A stretch of 64,000 nt of DNA from Phycisphaerales bacterium (GTDB lineage: Bacteria > Planctomycetota > Phycisphaerae > Phycisphaerales > UBA1924). Numbering within the stretch: position 1 is the stretch's first letter; every line of letters begins with the position of its first letter. A program made the position numbers and the translations under genes. This document shows positions 29,791 through 39,192 of this stretch, piece by piece. The DNA is taken from NCBI GenBank assembly GCA_965227775.1, contig OZ245777.1, positions 3,136,001 through 3,200,000 on the forward strand, read 5' to 3'. The notes under the pieces were generated by a model. That model ran no database searches. It was given only the letters and a program-made list of their open reading frames with translations, and was not told the DNA's origin.

Positions 29791-30888
29791 TCACCTACCG
29801 TACATTTCTCGTACCGGCGGGAGAAGATCGTCTCGCAGCACCTCGGCGAAGTCACGATGCGTTTGAACGCCGAGATCGCGAGCGGCGGTCGAGCGATCGA
29901 CGTCGCCTGGCCAGCTTGCCACGATGCGGGCCCGGCCGGGGTGGATGTCGTATCGCGGCTGGAACCCTTCAAAGTGCTTGGCAACGGCGGCCGCGATCTC
30001 ACCCGCTGTCGGTGCGAAGCTCGCGACGTTGTAGACGCGTTGCGAAGGCTGCTCGGCCTGGGCGAGCGCGAGCGTGGCGTCGATGGCGTCGGCCATCAGC
30101 ATGAACGGCAGTTGGGCGTCTTCGGGCACGAAGCACACGGCCTCGTTGCCTTTGGCCGCCGCGTGCAGCATGAGGGGGCCATAGTCGCTCGTGCCGCCGC
30201 TGGGCGCGGTGTGGGGGCTGATGAGGCCCGGGTATCGCACGCAACGGAAGTCGATCGGCGTGGGTGACTCGCCGCGATCGAGCAACTGGTAGTGCTCGGC
30301 GTAGTAGCGGCCGAGGTGCTCGCAGCAGAGCTTGTTGACGCCGTACATGGTGATGGGATTGAGATAGTCATCCTCGCCAACCGCGCCGGCTCGCTGCTTC
30401 TCTGCTTCGCTGGGCAGGCCGTACACCGCAATCGAGCTGGGGTAGATGAACTTGACGGGCCTGCCGGTGGCCTTGGCCTGCTCGGAGAGAAGTCGCAGCA
30501 GGTTCATCGTGCCCTGCGTGTTCACGTCGTGGGCGAGGGATGGGTTACGTTCGCCGGTCGAGCTCAGGAGCGCGGCGAGGTGGTAGACCTCGGTGATCTC
30601 GTATCGAGCGAGAATCGGGGCGAGCGCAAAAGGGTCTCGCACATCTCCGGTGAACACGGCGTGGCAGCGGCTGGCGAGATCGTCATCGATCGCACGCAGA
30701 TCGAACGCGACGATGGGCGTGTCGACCGACTCGCTGAGCCTGTGGATCAGGCCATGGCCAACCTCGCCGCCGGCCCCCGTGAGGAGGATGGCCTGGCGAC
30801 GTGGCACGCCTTGAGCACCTTCGGCATCGGTGCTGGCGGTGGGCTCCAGCGCGGTCGGGAACAGACGCAGATAGGGGATCTCGCTCAC
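29791..30888 (-). CDS. NAD-dependent epimerase/dehydratase, L-threonine 3-dehydrogenase-like SDR
   Basis: TGAGGEVG, HLAALLS, PSSIAVYG, YGVNK, GGTSDY. Start uncertain. Confidence 0.85.
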   Translation of the reverse strand: MSEIPYLRLFPTALEPTASTDAEGAQGVPRRQAILLTGAGGEVGHGLIHRLSESVDTPIVAFDLRAIDDDLASRCHAVFTGDVRDPFALAPILARYEITEVYHLAALLSSTGERNPSLAHDVNTQGTMNLLRLLSEQAKATGRPVKFIYPSSIAVYGLPSEAEKQRAGAVGEDDYLNPITMYGVNKLCCEHLGRYYAEHYQLLDRGESPTPIDFRCVRYPGLISPHTAPSGGTSDYGPLMLHAAAKGNEAVCFVPEDAQLPFMLMADAIDATLALAQAEQPSQRVYNVASFAPTAGEIAAAVAKHFEGFQPRYDIHPGRARIVASWPGDVDRSTAARDLGVQTHRDFAEVLRDDLLPPVREMYGR

Positions 30889-30990
30889 GCAGCAGGATAG
30901 GAGCGGCCGGCCAGAGTGGCGTTCGCTGTGGGGCAACTAGGGTTCGGTTTACGGGGCGATCGAGGCTGCCGCCTGCGGTACCATCGCGGC

Positions 30991-31194
30991 ATGGCCGTTG
31001 CCATCATTGCGATCGTGTTTGGATATGCGGGCCTTGGCTTGCTCGTGGCCGTGCCGATGTGCGTCGCGGGGCTGGGGCGGATTGATCCGACCGCCGCGGA
31101 CGGAACCTGGGGCTTCAGGACGTTCGCGATCCCCGGCGTGATTGCGCTCTGGCCGCTGGTGCTCGGGCGCTGGTTGCGAAGGGGCAAGGCGTGA
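30991..31194 (+). CDS. Small membrane protein (first gene of the Rieske operon)
   Basis: Two hydrophobic helices, RIDP...WGFR...PG...LWP; stop overlaps the next start (GTGA). Confidence 0.65.
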   Translation: MAVAIIAIVFGYAGLGLLVAVPMCVAGLGRIDPTAADGTWGFRTFAIPGVIALWPLVLGRWLRRGKA

Positions 31195-31334
31195 GGGCCG
31201 CGCATCGGCGCATGCATGTTGTGCTATGGGTGCTCGTGCTCGCCGGCACGCTGGCGATCATCGTCGCGAGCTGGATACAGCGCACGGGTGACACACAGCC
31301 GGGCCCGAGCGTTTCGGTCGGGGCCGAGCCATGA
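31191..31334 (+). CDS. 47-aa single-TM protein (not in the ORF track)
   Basis: Translates as MRAAHRRMHVVLWVLVLAGTLAIIVASWIQRTGDTQPGPSVSVGAEP; coupled by GTGA and ATGA overlaps on both sides. Confidence 0.6.
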   Translation: MRAAHRRMHVVLWVLVLAGTLAIIVASWIQRTGDTQPGPSVSVGAEP

Positions 31335-32377
31335 GCGCAGCGTACCGGGCGGTATACTGGACCAAGCACAAGGTCGTGTATGACCTCGTACTCGCGGGCG
31401 TGTGCGTCGCGTTCGTTGGCGTGTTCGTTGGCGTCGGAATGGCCGTGAACCCACCGCCGAACGACGTTTCGCCGCCGATCCTGGTCATGCGCGCACTTGG
31501 CACGCTGGCGATCGTGCTGTTGCATGTCGTGTTATTGATCGGGCCGCTGGCGAGGATCTGGCCGCGCACGACGTTCCTTCTGGCGAATCGGCGGCATCTG
31601 GGCGTCACGACGTTCCTCGTCGCCGGGCTGCACGCGTTGATCGTGTACGGCTTTTACGGCGGCTTTGGCGTCGACAATCCGGTGCTCGCCGTGCTCGTGC
31701 GGCCGGACGGCAGCGTGGGATTCGAGTTTCTCGGGTTCCTGGCGCTGCTGGTGTTGTTCTTGATGGCGGCGACGAGCCACGACTTCTGGCTTGCATTCCT
31801 CGGGCACGGCGTGTGGAAGGCGATACACATGGCCGTGTACGTCGCGTATGCGCTCGTGGTCGCACATGTCGTGTTCGGGGTCTTGCGAAGCGAGAAGTCG
31901 CTCGTGTTCCCGGCAATGTTGCTGGCGGGCGCGATGGTGTTGGGCGGCTTGCACCTGGTCGCTGGGATACGCGAGTGGCGGCGCGATTCTGCGAAGCCAG
32001 ATGAAGCGGAAGACGGCTGGGTCGACATCGGTGAGCCGCATGACATTCCGGACAAGCGAGCCCGCGTGGTGTGCTTGGGTGCCGGCCAACGGGTGGCGGT
32101 CTTCCGAGATGGCGACCGGCTCTCGGCCTTGAGCAACGTGTGTGCGCACCAGGGTGGGCCTCTGGGCGAGGGTGAGATCATCGACGGGTGTGCCACCTGC
32201 CCGTGGCACGGGTACCAATACCACACCGAGAACGGCCAGAGCCCGCCACCCTACACCGAGAAGATCCCGACGTACGAGCTCCGCGTACGGGGCGGGCGTG
32301 TCGAGGTGAATCCGACACCGAACGAGCCCGGCATCCCCACCACGCCCGTGTCGATCTCACAAGGGGGTGGCGCGTGA
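31331..32377 (+). CDS. Ferric reductase-like (MsrQ-type) heme TM domain fused to Rieske [2Fe-2S] domain
   Basis: NRRHLG, ATSHD, WKAIH..VY..Y...VAH; C-terminal CAHQGGPL...CPWHG. Confidence 0.88.
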   Translation: MSAAYRAVYWTKHKVVYDLVLAGVCVAFVGVFVGVGMAVNPPPNDVSPPILVMRALGTLAIVLLHVVLLIGPLARIWPRTTFLLANRRHLGVTTFLVAGLHALIVYGFYGGFGVDNPVLAVLVRPDGSVGFEFLGFLALLVLFLMAATSHDFWLAFLGHGVWKAIHMAVYVAYALVVAHVVFGVLRSEKSLVFPAMLLAGAMVLGGLHLVAGIREWRRDSAKPDEAEDGWVDIGEPHDIPDKRARVVCLGAGQRVAVFRDGDRLSALSNVCAHQGGPLGEGEIIDGCATCPWHGYQYHTENGQSPPPYTEKIPTYELRVRGGRVEVNPTPNEPGIPTTPVSISQGGGA

Positions 32378-33093
32378 GCGAGCGAACTGGTATCTACGTC
32401 ATCTACCGACCGCTGCCAGCGGCGTTGTTCACGCTCGTGCTCGCTGTGGTTGGCGGGCTGGCGGGCCTGATGCTCGGCACGGCGGCGGCATCCGCGTTCG
32501 GCCAGCGAGACCCTGGGCCCGGCGTGTGGGATACGTCCAGCGCGATCACGCTCACAGGCACCATCGTCGCAGAGCCCTACCCCATGCTGCTGCCCGACGA
32601 CGGTTCGGCCGGCGTGCTGCTCGTGGGCGTGGGCAAGATTGGACCGCCACAAGACGTGCTCGACAGAGTCGGCGCTGTCGCGAGCATCACCGGGTATCGC
32701 CTCGAACGCGACGGCATGCGGATGATCGAGGTGCAATCGGCGAGCGACGCACGTGCTACGAGCACGATGGGCGCACGGCCGCGGGCTGAGCGCGGCTCGC
32801 ACGAGATCGCGACGGAGATCCTCGACAGCAAGTGCTACATGGGCGCCATGAAGCCGGGCAGCGGCGCTGGGCATCGGGCGTGCGCCATCCTGTGCGTGCG
32901 CGGCGGCATACCGCCCATGATCTCGTGGCGGGACGAAGCTGGTGTGGCGCACTATGCGCTGCTGACAAGCGCGGACGGCCAGCCGATGCGTGACGAGGAC
33001 ACAAGCCTCATCGGCGAGCCGGTTGTCGTGAGCGGCACGCTCACGACACGTGATGGCTGGCTCTGGATGGCGGCGGACCGGATCGAGCGGTGA
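32374..33093 (+). CDS. Membrane-anchored hypothetical protein with Cys/His cluster
   Basis: N-terminal TM helix; DSKCY...GHRACAILCVRGGIPP; GTGA overlap with the upstream gene. Confidence 0.72.
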   Translation: MSERTGIYVIYRPLPAALFTLVLAVVGGLAGLMLGTAAASAFGQRDPGPGVWDTSSAITLTGTIVAEPYPMLLPDDGSAGVLLVGVGKIGPPQDVLDRVGAVASITGYRLERDGMRMIEVQSASDARATSTMGARPRAERGSHEIATEILDSKCYMGAMKPGSGAGHRACAILCVRGGIPPMISWRDEAGVAHYALLTSADGQPMRDEDTSLIGEPVVVSGTLTTRDGWLWMAADRIER

Positions 33094-33114
33094 CCGAGTT
33101 CGGGGCGTCGCGGG

Positions 33115-33768
33115 CTACTCGTCCTTGCCACCCTGCCCCAGCCCAAAGGCCGAGCCGACCGCCAGCAGGATCCAGATGGCGTCGTAGCCGCTGAGGAAGT
33201 TCTCGCCGCTCATGCTGGCGTACTCGGCCTCGGCCAAGGCAACGTTCTCTTCGTGCTGCTTTCGGAATCCCTCCCGAGCGGCCTGCTGGTGCTCGGGGGT
33301 TTGATCGTCCCAGTACTCGAGCGTGGCGGCCCAGAGGTCCGGCGGGTAATCCTCTTCACGCCAGCGATACCACTGGTTCTCTGGCAGTTCGGGCCAATCG
33401 ATGTGGTATCCCTCTTCCTCCCAGTGCTCGACGACCTGATCGGCCACATAGCACATAAGGATCTCGTTGTTGAACTCCGAAGCCATCGCGAGATCGGCGT
33501 CGTTCTGGTAGAGCAGCTCGACGACGGTCAGCTTGCCAGCACCGACCGCCGCGATCGCGACCACCGCCGCGACGATGCCCGAGCCCGTGCTTGCTCCGCC
33601 GCCAACAAGGTTGGCCCCCACCATCGCACCAAGGCCGGCGAGCACGCCGACGCCCCAGGCGATCCAGCCGACTTCGTACCCTGTGTAGTACCCGACGGCC
33701 GCCCAGACTGCTGCCCCGACCGCTCCACCGATCAGCGACCCGATGAATGCTCCGATCATGCCGCCCAC
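33115..33768 (-). CDS. Hypothetical membrane protein
   Basis: Three Gly-rich TM helices, an acidic soluble loop and a C-terminal TM helix. Confidence 0.7.
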   Translation of the reverse strand: MGGMIGAFIGSLIGGAVGAAVWAAVGYYTGYEVGWIAWGVGVLAGLGAMVGANLVGGGASTGSGIVAAVVAIAAVGAGKLTVVELLYQNDADLAMASEFNNEILMCYVADQVVEHWEEEGYHIDWPELPENQWYRWREEDYPPDLWAATLEYWDDQTPEHQQAAREGFRKQHEENVALAEAEYASMSGENFLSGYDAIWILLAVGSAFGLGQGGKDE

Positions 33769-33850
33769 TCCTTCTCACAGCCGCGCCGAGTAGGCGCTGC
33801 CCCAATGACCCAGTGCGGCGGGTTCCCCGCCGCCGCACGTGCAATCTAAC

Positions 33851-33881
33851 GAAAATGAACTTGCATTGCAAGTTCATTTTC
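33851..33881. promoter_or_regulatory. Perfect AT-rich 15-1-15 inverted repeat (probable protein-binding site)
   Basis: GAAAATGAACTTGCA-T-TGCAAGTTCATTTTC, intergenic. Confidence 0.6.
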
Positions 33882-33929
33882 ATGGTTCACCAGAATGAGG
33901 GAAGGGACATTGCTAGTCAGCCCTGCTGC

Positions 33930-35363
33930 TTACGCCCCGCACCCAGCATCGAAGGCGTTCTGGAACGCCAGGAAGTCGAAGATTGTGAGGGAGCCGTCGC
34001 CGTCGAAGTCGGCGGCCGGGTCACCGGCGTCGAACAGGTTCTGGAAGCCGAGAAAGTCGAAGATGGTCAGCAGGCAGTCGCCGTCGATGTCGGGGCGGCA
34101 CCCGCTGACGGTGAGCGCGTAGAGGGCGCCGGTGTTGAGCGTGCCCGGGACCGGATCGCCGCTGTTGGCCGAGGGGGCGCCAGCCAGCACTCGCAACCCG
34201 CTCGGGCTCTGGTACAAAGCCGAAGCGGTGCCAAACAGGCCGAACGGGATGGCATCGGCGGGCCGGATGATGGAGGTCTGGATGGGGTTCGTCGGGTCGC
34301 TGATATCGAACGCGTAGGCCGTCCCGGCGAGCGTGGTCTCTCCCGAGCGGGCACCGACAAGCAGCATGTCTTCGGTGAGCGAAACCGAGACGCCGAAGTC
34401 TCCGACCCCGATGGGATCGCTCGGGAGCACCTTGGACAGCTGCACCGGGTTGGCCCGATCGCTTACGTCATACAGGTAGACCGAGCCGTTGCTGCCGTCG
34501 GGATTGGCGGTGTCCGAGGCGATGGCGGCCACGGCGACGTCGCCTTCGATCAACAGATCGACGGCAAAGCCGAAGTTGTTGCCAGCCGTCGCGTCGGCGG
34601 GCACGATCTTGGCGGTCTCCATGCCGGACTCGATGTCAAAGAGATACGCCGAGCCGGAGCTTGCGCCCATGTCGTCGTTGCCGATCGCGCCAATGAGCGC
34701 GTAGCCCACCTCGCCAGCCGTCACGCCTCCGCCGTCGATCGCGATCGAGCTGCCAAAGCGGTCGACGGCAGCCGCATCGGACGCGGTCAGCTTGAACCGC
34801 TCGACGGCATCGAGGCCCACGATCTCAAACACGTAGACAGCCCCAGTTGAACTGCTCTTGTCCGACGCACCCACGACCGCACGATCGAAGTCGATGTCGA
34901 CGGCGCCGCCGAAGAGGTCGAGACCTCGGCCATCACTGGCGGTCAGCTTGTCGAGCTGGGCGCCAGTAGAGCGAAGAAAGAGGTAGGCCGCGCCAGCAGC
35001 CGGGCCCAACTCGTTCTCGAACGGCGCCCCCACGAGCGCGAGCGCGTTGTCGGCTGCCACGTCCGAACCGAACTGGTCGCCGTTTTCGCCATCATCTGAC
35101 GCCAGCGTGAACTGCAGCTGGGGCACGGTCGGGTTGATCGCGTAGATAAACGCCCGGCCAGCGCCATCGGCGCCGCCGATTGGTGCTCCCACGACACCAA
35201 AGCCGGCGGCAGCGGCATCGAACGACGCCCCGAATTCATCATCGGTGACGACGGAGGCCGGTGTGACTTTGGCGTCTTCGCTGCTGCACTGGGTCTGGCC
35301 GTGGGCCGCAACGGCAAGTCCGGCTACGGCGGCAAGGCTGGCGACGAGTCTGGCGTGGTGCAT
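33930..35363 (-). CDS. Secreted FG-GAP repeat protein with C-terminal GC-type dockerin domain
   Basis: Signal peptide ending AHG, repeats of D.FG..V.......VGA...GAAY.F, C-terminal CRPDIDGD...DFLAFQNAFDAGC; ATG 35363 after AGGAG. Confidence 0.88.
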   Translation of the reverse strand: MHHARLVASLAAVAGLAVAAHGQTQCSSEDAKVTPASVVTDDEFGASFDAAAAGFGVVGAPIGGADGAGRAFIYAINPTVPQLQFTLASDDGENGDQFGSDVAADNALALVGAPFENELGPAAGAAYLFLRSTGAQLDKLTASDGRGLDLFGGAVDIDFDRAVVGASDKSSSTGAVYVFEIVGLDAVERFKLTASDAAAVDRFGSSIAIDGGGVTAGEVGYALIGAIGNDDMGASSGSAYLFDIESGMETAKIVPADATAGNNFGFAVDLLIEGDVAVAAIASDTANPDGSNGSVYLYDVSDRANPVQLSKVLPSDPIGVGDFGVSVSLTEDMLLVGARSGETTLAGTAYAFDISDPTNPIQTSIIRPADAIPFGLFGTASALYQSPSGLRVLAGAPSANSGDPVPGTLNTGALYALTVSGCRPDIDGDCLLTIFDFLGFQNLFDAGDPAADFDGDGSLTIFDFLAFQNAFDAGCGA

Positions 35364-35598
35364 TGGCTCTCTCCTGTGTGTTGGTTCACTCTCCTGACAG
35401 GTTTTAAGCCCATGCGGGAAACCGGGCAAGACGACGCAGCCGTTCGAGCGCCAATTGTGTTCGGACGCCATGCCAGCCTCGCCTGCCTTGCCCAGCTTGC
35501 TGGAGCCGCGAGCGGTCCGCGACCGATTCGGAGAGCTATCCTGCAACGCACGGAAGCACGCAACCGGCCCGGCCGGGCCTATGCCACCATGGAGGGGC

Positions 35599-37551
35599 AT
35601 GTTGGCGACGAAGAAGACTCCCAGCAAGCCAGCCAGCAGGTCTCGCGCGACCGCCGAAACGATGGCGGGCAAGCAGCGCGACATCTCGGTCAGTGAGTTT
35701 TTTGCGAAGAACCGCCACCTGCTGGGCTTCGACAACCCCCGAAAGGCCCTCCTGACCACCGTCAAGGAGGCCGTCGACAACGCGCTGGACGCCTGCGAAG
35801 AGGCGGGCATCCTGCCGGACATCGAGGTGCTGATCGAGGAGCTCACGGCCCCGCCGAGCCCGAGCAAGCCCGGGCGGTACGCCGTCACCATCACCGACAA
35901 CGGGCCGGGCATCGTGCGCAAGCAGGTGGAGAACATCTTCGGGCGGCTGCTCTACGGCAGCAAGTTCCACCGCATGAAGATGAGCCGCGGGCAGCAGGGC
36001 ATCGGCATCAGCGCGGCTGGCATGTATGGACTGATGACCACGGGCAAGCCAATGGTCATCACCACCAAGCCCGGCAAGCGAAAGGCGGCGCACCACCTCG
36101 AGCTGGCGATGGACACCACGAAGAACAAGCCCGAGGTGACCATCGACGTCGAGACCGACGACTTTCCAGAGACTTCCAGCGGCACGGGCACGCGCGTGCG
36201 CATCGAGATGGAGGCCCGCTACCAGCGCGGCAAGACCAGCGTCGAGGCGTACCTCGAGCAAACGGCCATCGCGAACCCGCACGCGCAGATCACGTTCATC
36301 CCACCCGAGAAGGCTGCCGGTGGCCCGGCTCTGGAGGTCGAAGAGGTCTCGACCGAGCTCAGCCATACGACCGAGCTCGCCGATCGCTACATCTTCCCGC
36401 GCGCCGTTGAGGAGCTGCCGCCCGAGACCGAGGAGATCAAGCCGCACCCATATGGCGTCGAGCTCGGCAACTTCCTGCGAATGCTCAAGGGCACGAATGA
36501 GAAGCAGCTCACCGGCTTCTTCAAGAACGAGTTCAGCCGCGTGCCGCCGGCGATCGTGAAGGACATCACGGGCAAGGCGTCGGTGAAGGGCGGCAAGACG
36601 CTGACGGGGCAGACGTACGTCAAGACCGTGGACCACGACGCGGCCGAGCGGTTGTACCGCGCGCTGCAGGACAGCAAACTGCGGGCACCGCCGACCGACT
36701 GTCTCGCCCCCATCGGCGTGCGGCAGATGCTCAGCGGCCTACTCAAGGGCGTGAAGGCGGAGTTCTACGCGGCTAGCACGCGCGACCCGGCGGTGTATCG
36801 CGGCAACCCGTTCCAGATCGAAGCGGCCATCGCCTTCGGCGGCGACCTGCCGGGCGACGAATCGGCCCGCGTCATCCGCTTCGCCAACCGCGTGCCGCTG
36901 CTGTACCAACAATCCGCGTGCTGCTCGTTCAAGGCCGTCGTCGAAACGGGCTGGAAGAACTACAGCCTCAGCCAGCCACGCGGGGCGCTGCCTGTGGGCC
37001 CGATGGTCATCATGGTGCACATGGCCAGCGTGTGGGTGCCGTTTACCTCCGAGTCGAAAGAGGCGATCGCCGACTACGACGAGATCCGCAAGGAGATGCG
37101 GCTGGCGCTCCAAGAGTGCGGCCGCAAGTTGGGGACGTACCTCCGCCGCCGCCAGAAGATGCGCCGCGAGGGCCAGCGGCGGGACGTCTTCGCCCGCTAT
37201 ATCGCCGAGATCGCGCGCTCGACCGCGGCGCTGACGGGCGAGGACGAGGGCGCGCTGCTCGGCGCGCTGCTCGAGCAAGCCCAGGCCCGGACCGCCATCG
37301 CCGACGCCGAACTCGACGAAGACGGCAACTTCGTGAAGAAGGAGAAGGCGGCCGAAGACGACGGCGTGATCATCGTCGACAACGACGCACGGCCGTCGCA
37401 GGTGGAGGCGAAGTCGAACGGCCAGGCACCGAAAGCCGCCGAGTCCAACGCGGGCCGCGGCCTGTTCGGGGATGAAGAGGAGAGCGTGTCAGTACGTCGG
37501 AAGAAGAGCGGCAAAAAGGTCGGCAAGAAGAAGCGTGTGAGTCGGAAATGA
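35599..37551 (+). CDS. top6B: DNA topoisomerase VI subunit B
   Basis: ISVSEFFAKN, KEAVDNALDA, DNGPGI, SRGQQGIGISAA, RFANRVPLL, VPFTSESKEAI. Confidence 0.95.
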   Translation: MLATKKTPSKPASRSRATAETMAGKQRDISVSEFFAKNRHLLGFDNPRKALLTTVKEAVDNALDACEEAGILPDIEVLIEELTAPPSPSKPGRYAVTITDNGPGIVRKQVENIFGRLLYGSKFHRMKMSRGQQGIGISAAGMYGLMTTGKPMVITTKPGKRKAAHHLELAMDTTKNKPEVTIDVETDDFPETSSGTGTRVRIEMEARYQRGKTSVEAYLEQTAIANPHAQITFIPPEKAAGGPALEVEEVSTELSHTTELADRYIFPRAVEELPPETEEIKPHPYGVELGNFLRMLKGTNEKQLTGFFKNEFSRVPPAIVKDITGKASVKGGKTLTGQTYVKTVDHDAAERLYRALQDSKLRAPPTDCLAPIGVRQMLSGLLKGVKAEFYAASTRDPAVYRGNPFQIEAAIAFGGDLPGDESARVIRFANRVPLLYQQSACCSFKAVVETGWKNYSLSQPRGALPVGPMVIMVHMASVWVPFTSESKEAIADYDEIRKEMRLALQECGRKLGTYLRRRQKMRREGQRRDVFARYIAEIARSTAALTGEDEGALLGALLEQAQARTAIADAELDEDGNFVKKEKAAEDDGVIIVDNDARPSQVEAKSNGQAPKAAESNAGRGLFGDEEESVSVRRKKSGKKVGKKKRVSRK

Positions 37552-38000
37552 TGATGACTGACGCGAACTTGCGACCTTCCGGCCCGATTCCCAGCTTCAA
37601 CGCATCGTTGGAGTTGCGATTCAAGAATGGCATTGGTGTGATCCGAGCGGGTGGCGTTGACCTTTTCAGTTGCGACGGGCGTCAATTCGACATACCGATT
37701 CGGAGATACAGCAACGTCCGCGTCGGGCGGGATGGCGTGGCAACCGTTGAAGAATCCGGGTCGCGCACGTGTTTTCTCGTACTGATGCGTCCGAACGCCT
37801 CATCCCGGGAAGATGTTGACCAAGTTGTACCCATCTGCCAGTTCAGACACTCTGCGAGGGAGTCTGATCTTCTCGAGAACTTCTGCGCTGCCGCGTCGCT
37901 TCGCTGGTACGGCCACACGAGTGCGATGTTTGCGGATGAGGCATCGCTTCGAGTCATTCTGGCGGAGAAACTACTGACCTTTAGCACGGACCAGGGTTGA
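37548..38000 (+). CDS. Hypothetical protein between top6B and top6A
   Basis: 150-aa ORF that fills the gap; ATGA overlap with the top6B stop; visibly lower GC. Confidence 0.5.
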   Translation: MMMTDANLRPSGPIPSFNASLELRFKNGIGVIRAGGVDLFSCDGRQFDIPIRRYSNVRVGRDGVATVEESGSRTCFLVLMRPNASSREDVDQVVPICQFRHSARESDLLENFCAAASLRWYGHTSAMFADEASLRVILAEKLLTFSTDQG

Positions 38001-38004
38001 ACGA

Positions 38005-39174
38005 ATGGCCAAGAAGACCACCAAGAAAGTCCGCTCCGCCCCGCGTAAGCGCTCGACCGAGGCGAAGGAGCGAGACGCCAAGACTCAAGAGTCGCTCAAG
38101 GCGTTGGCCGGTGGCATCGCCAAGAGTGCGCTCTCGGGCGTCGAGCCGACGTTCGACGTGCCCACGCGTTCGTCGAGCAATACGACGTGGAACAAGAAGC
38201 GCGGCATCCTGCAGATGGGCAGCGCGGCCAGCACGCGGCAGATTTTCAACCTGGGCCAGGCCCGCAAGTTCATGCAGAGCCTGCGGCACGCCCACGGCAT
38301 CAGCCGCCTCATCGACCAGGACAAGACGACCAGCCTCCGCGGCATGTTCTACACCGGGCTTGGCGACGTGCACGACGCCGGCGGCAAAAAGACCGGCGAG
38401 AAGACCTTCGACGACCAGACCGAGAGCGACGCGATCCTCGAGGACCTGGAAGTCACGCTCGGTGCACTTCGCGAAGAGCTGCACATCTTCGCCAAGAAGC
38501 GCGGCGCGATGGTCGGCAACATCACCATCGAGGACAGCGGCGACACCATCGACTGCCGCAAGATGGGCAGCGGCGGGTACGCGATCCCAAGCATCTGCGA
38601 ACCTGACCGCGTGAAGTTCGGCAGGTGCGAGGCCGACTTCGTGCTGCACGTCGAGAAGGACACCGTGTGGCAGCGCTTCAACGAGGACCGCTTCTGGAAG
38701 ACGCACAACTGCATCCTGACCGAGGGCAGCGGCCAGCCCCCCCGCGGCGTGCGCCGCCTGCTGCATCGGCTGAACAAGGAACTCGGCCTTCCGATCATCT
38801 GCCTGCTCGATTGCGATCCGTGGGGGCACTACATCTACAGCGTTATCAAGCAGGGCAGCATCTCGCTCGCGTTCGAGAGCGAGCGCCTCGCCATTCCCGA
38901 GGCGAAGTTCCTTGGTATCCGCTCGAACGACTTCGAGCGCTGCAACCTGAGTGAGAGCGTCCAGATCTCGCTGAACGAACGCGACACCGCTCGCGCGAAG
39001 CAGATCGCCGCCTACCCGTGGTTCAAGGACCACAAGGGCTGGCAGAAGGAGATCAGTAAGCTACTCAAGAACGGGTTCAAGCTGGAGGTCGAGGCGCTGA
39101 TCAACATCGACATCAGCTACGTGACCGAGACGTACGTGCCCGAGCGGTTGGCGGCGGAGGATTGGTTGGATTGA
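38005..39174 (+). CDS. top6A: DNA topoisomerase VI subunit A (Spo11 homologue)
   Basis: LRGMFY (catalytic Tyr region), QTESD...EDLE, Toprim VEKD and DCDPWG, GQPPRGVR. Confidence 0.95.
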   Translation: MAKKTTKKVRSAPRKRSTEAKERDAKTQESLKALAGGIAKSALSGVEPTFDVPTRSSSNTTWNKKRGILQMGSAASTRQIFNLGQARKFMQSLRHAHGISRLIDQDKTTSLRGMFYTGLGDVHDAGGKKTGEKTFDDQTESDAILEDLEVTLGALREELHIFAKKRGAMVGNITIEDSGDTIDCRKMGSGGYAIPSICEPDRVKFGRCEADFVLHVEKDTVWQRFNEDRFWKTHNCILTEGSGQPPRGVRRLLHRLNKELGLPIICLLDCDPWGHYIYSVIKQGSISLAFESERLAIPEAKFLGIRSNDFERCNLSESVQISLNERDTARAKQIAAYPWFKDHKGWQKEISKLLKNGFKLEVEALINIDISYVTETYVPERLAAEDWLD

Positions 39175-39192
39175 GACTTGAGGCGGGCCCGA

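Noticed and set aside
35364..35936. N-terminal extension of the 668-aa FG-GAP ORF overlapping top6B
   Set aside because: The real start is ATG 35363, with an RBS and signal peptide; the extension is antisense to top6B.
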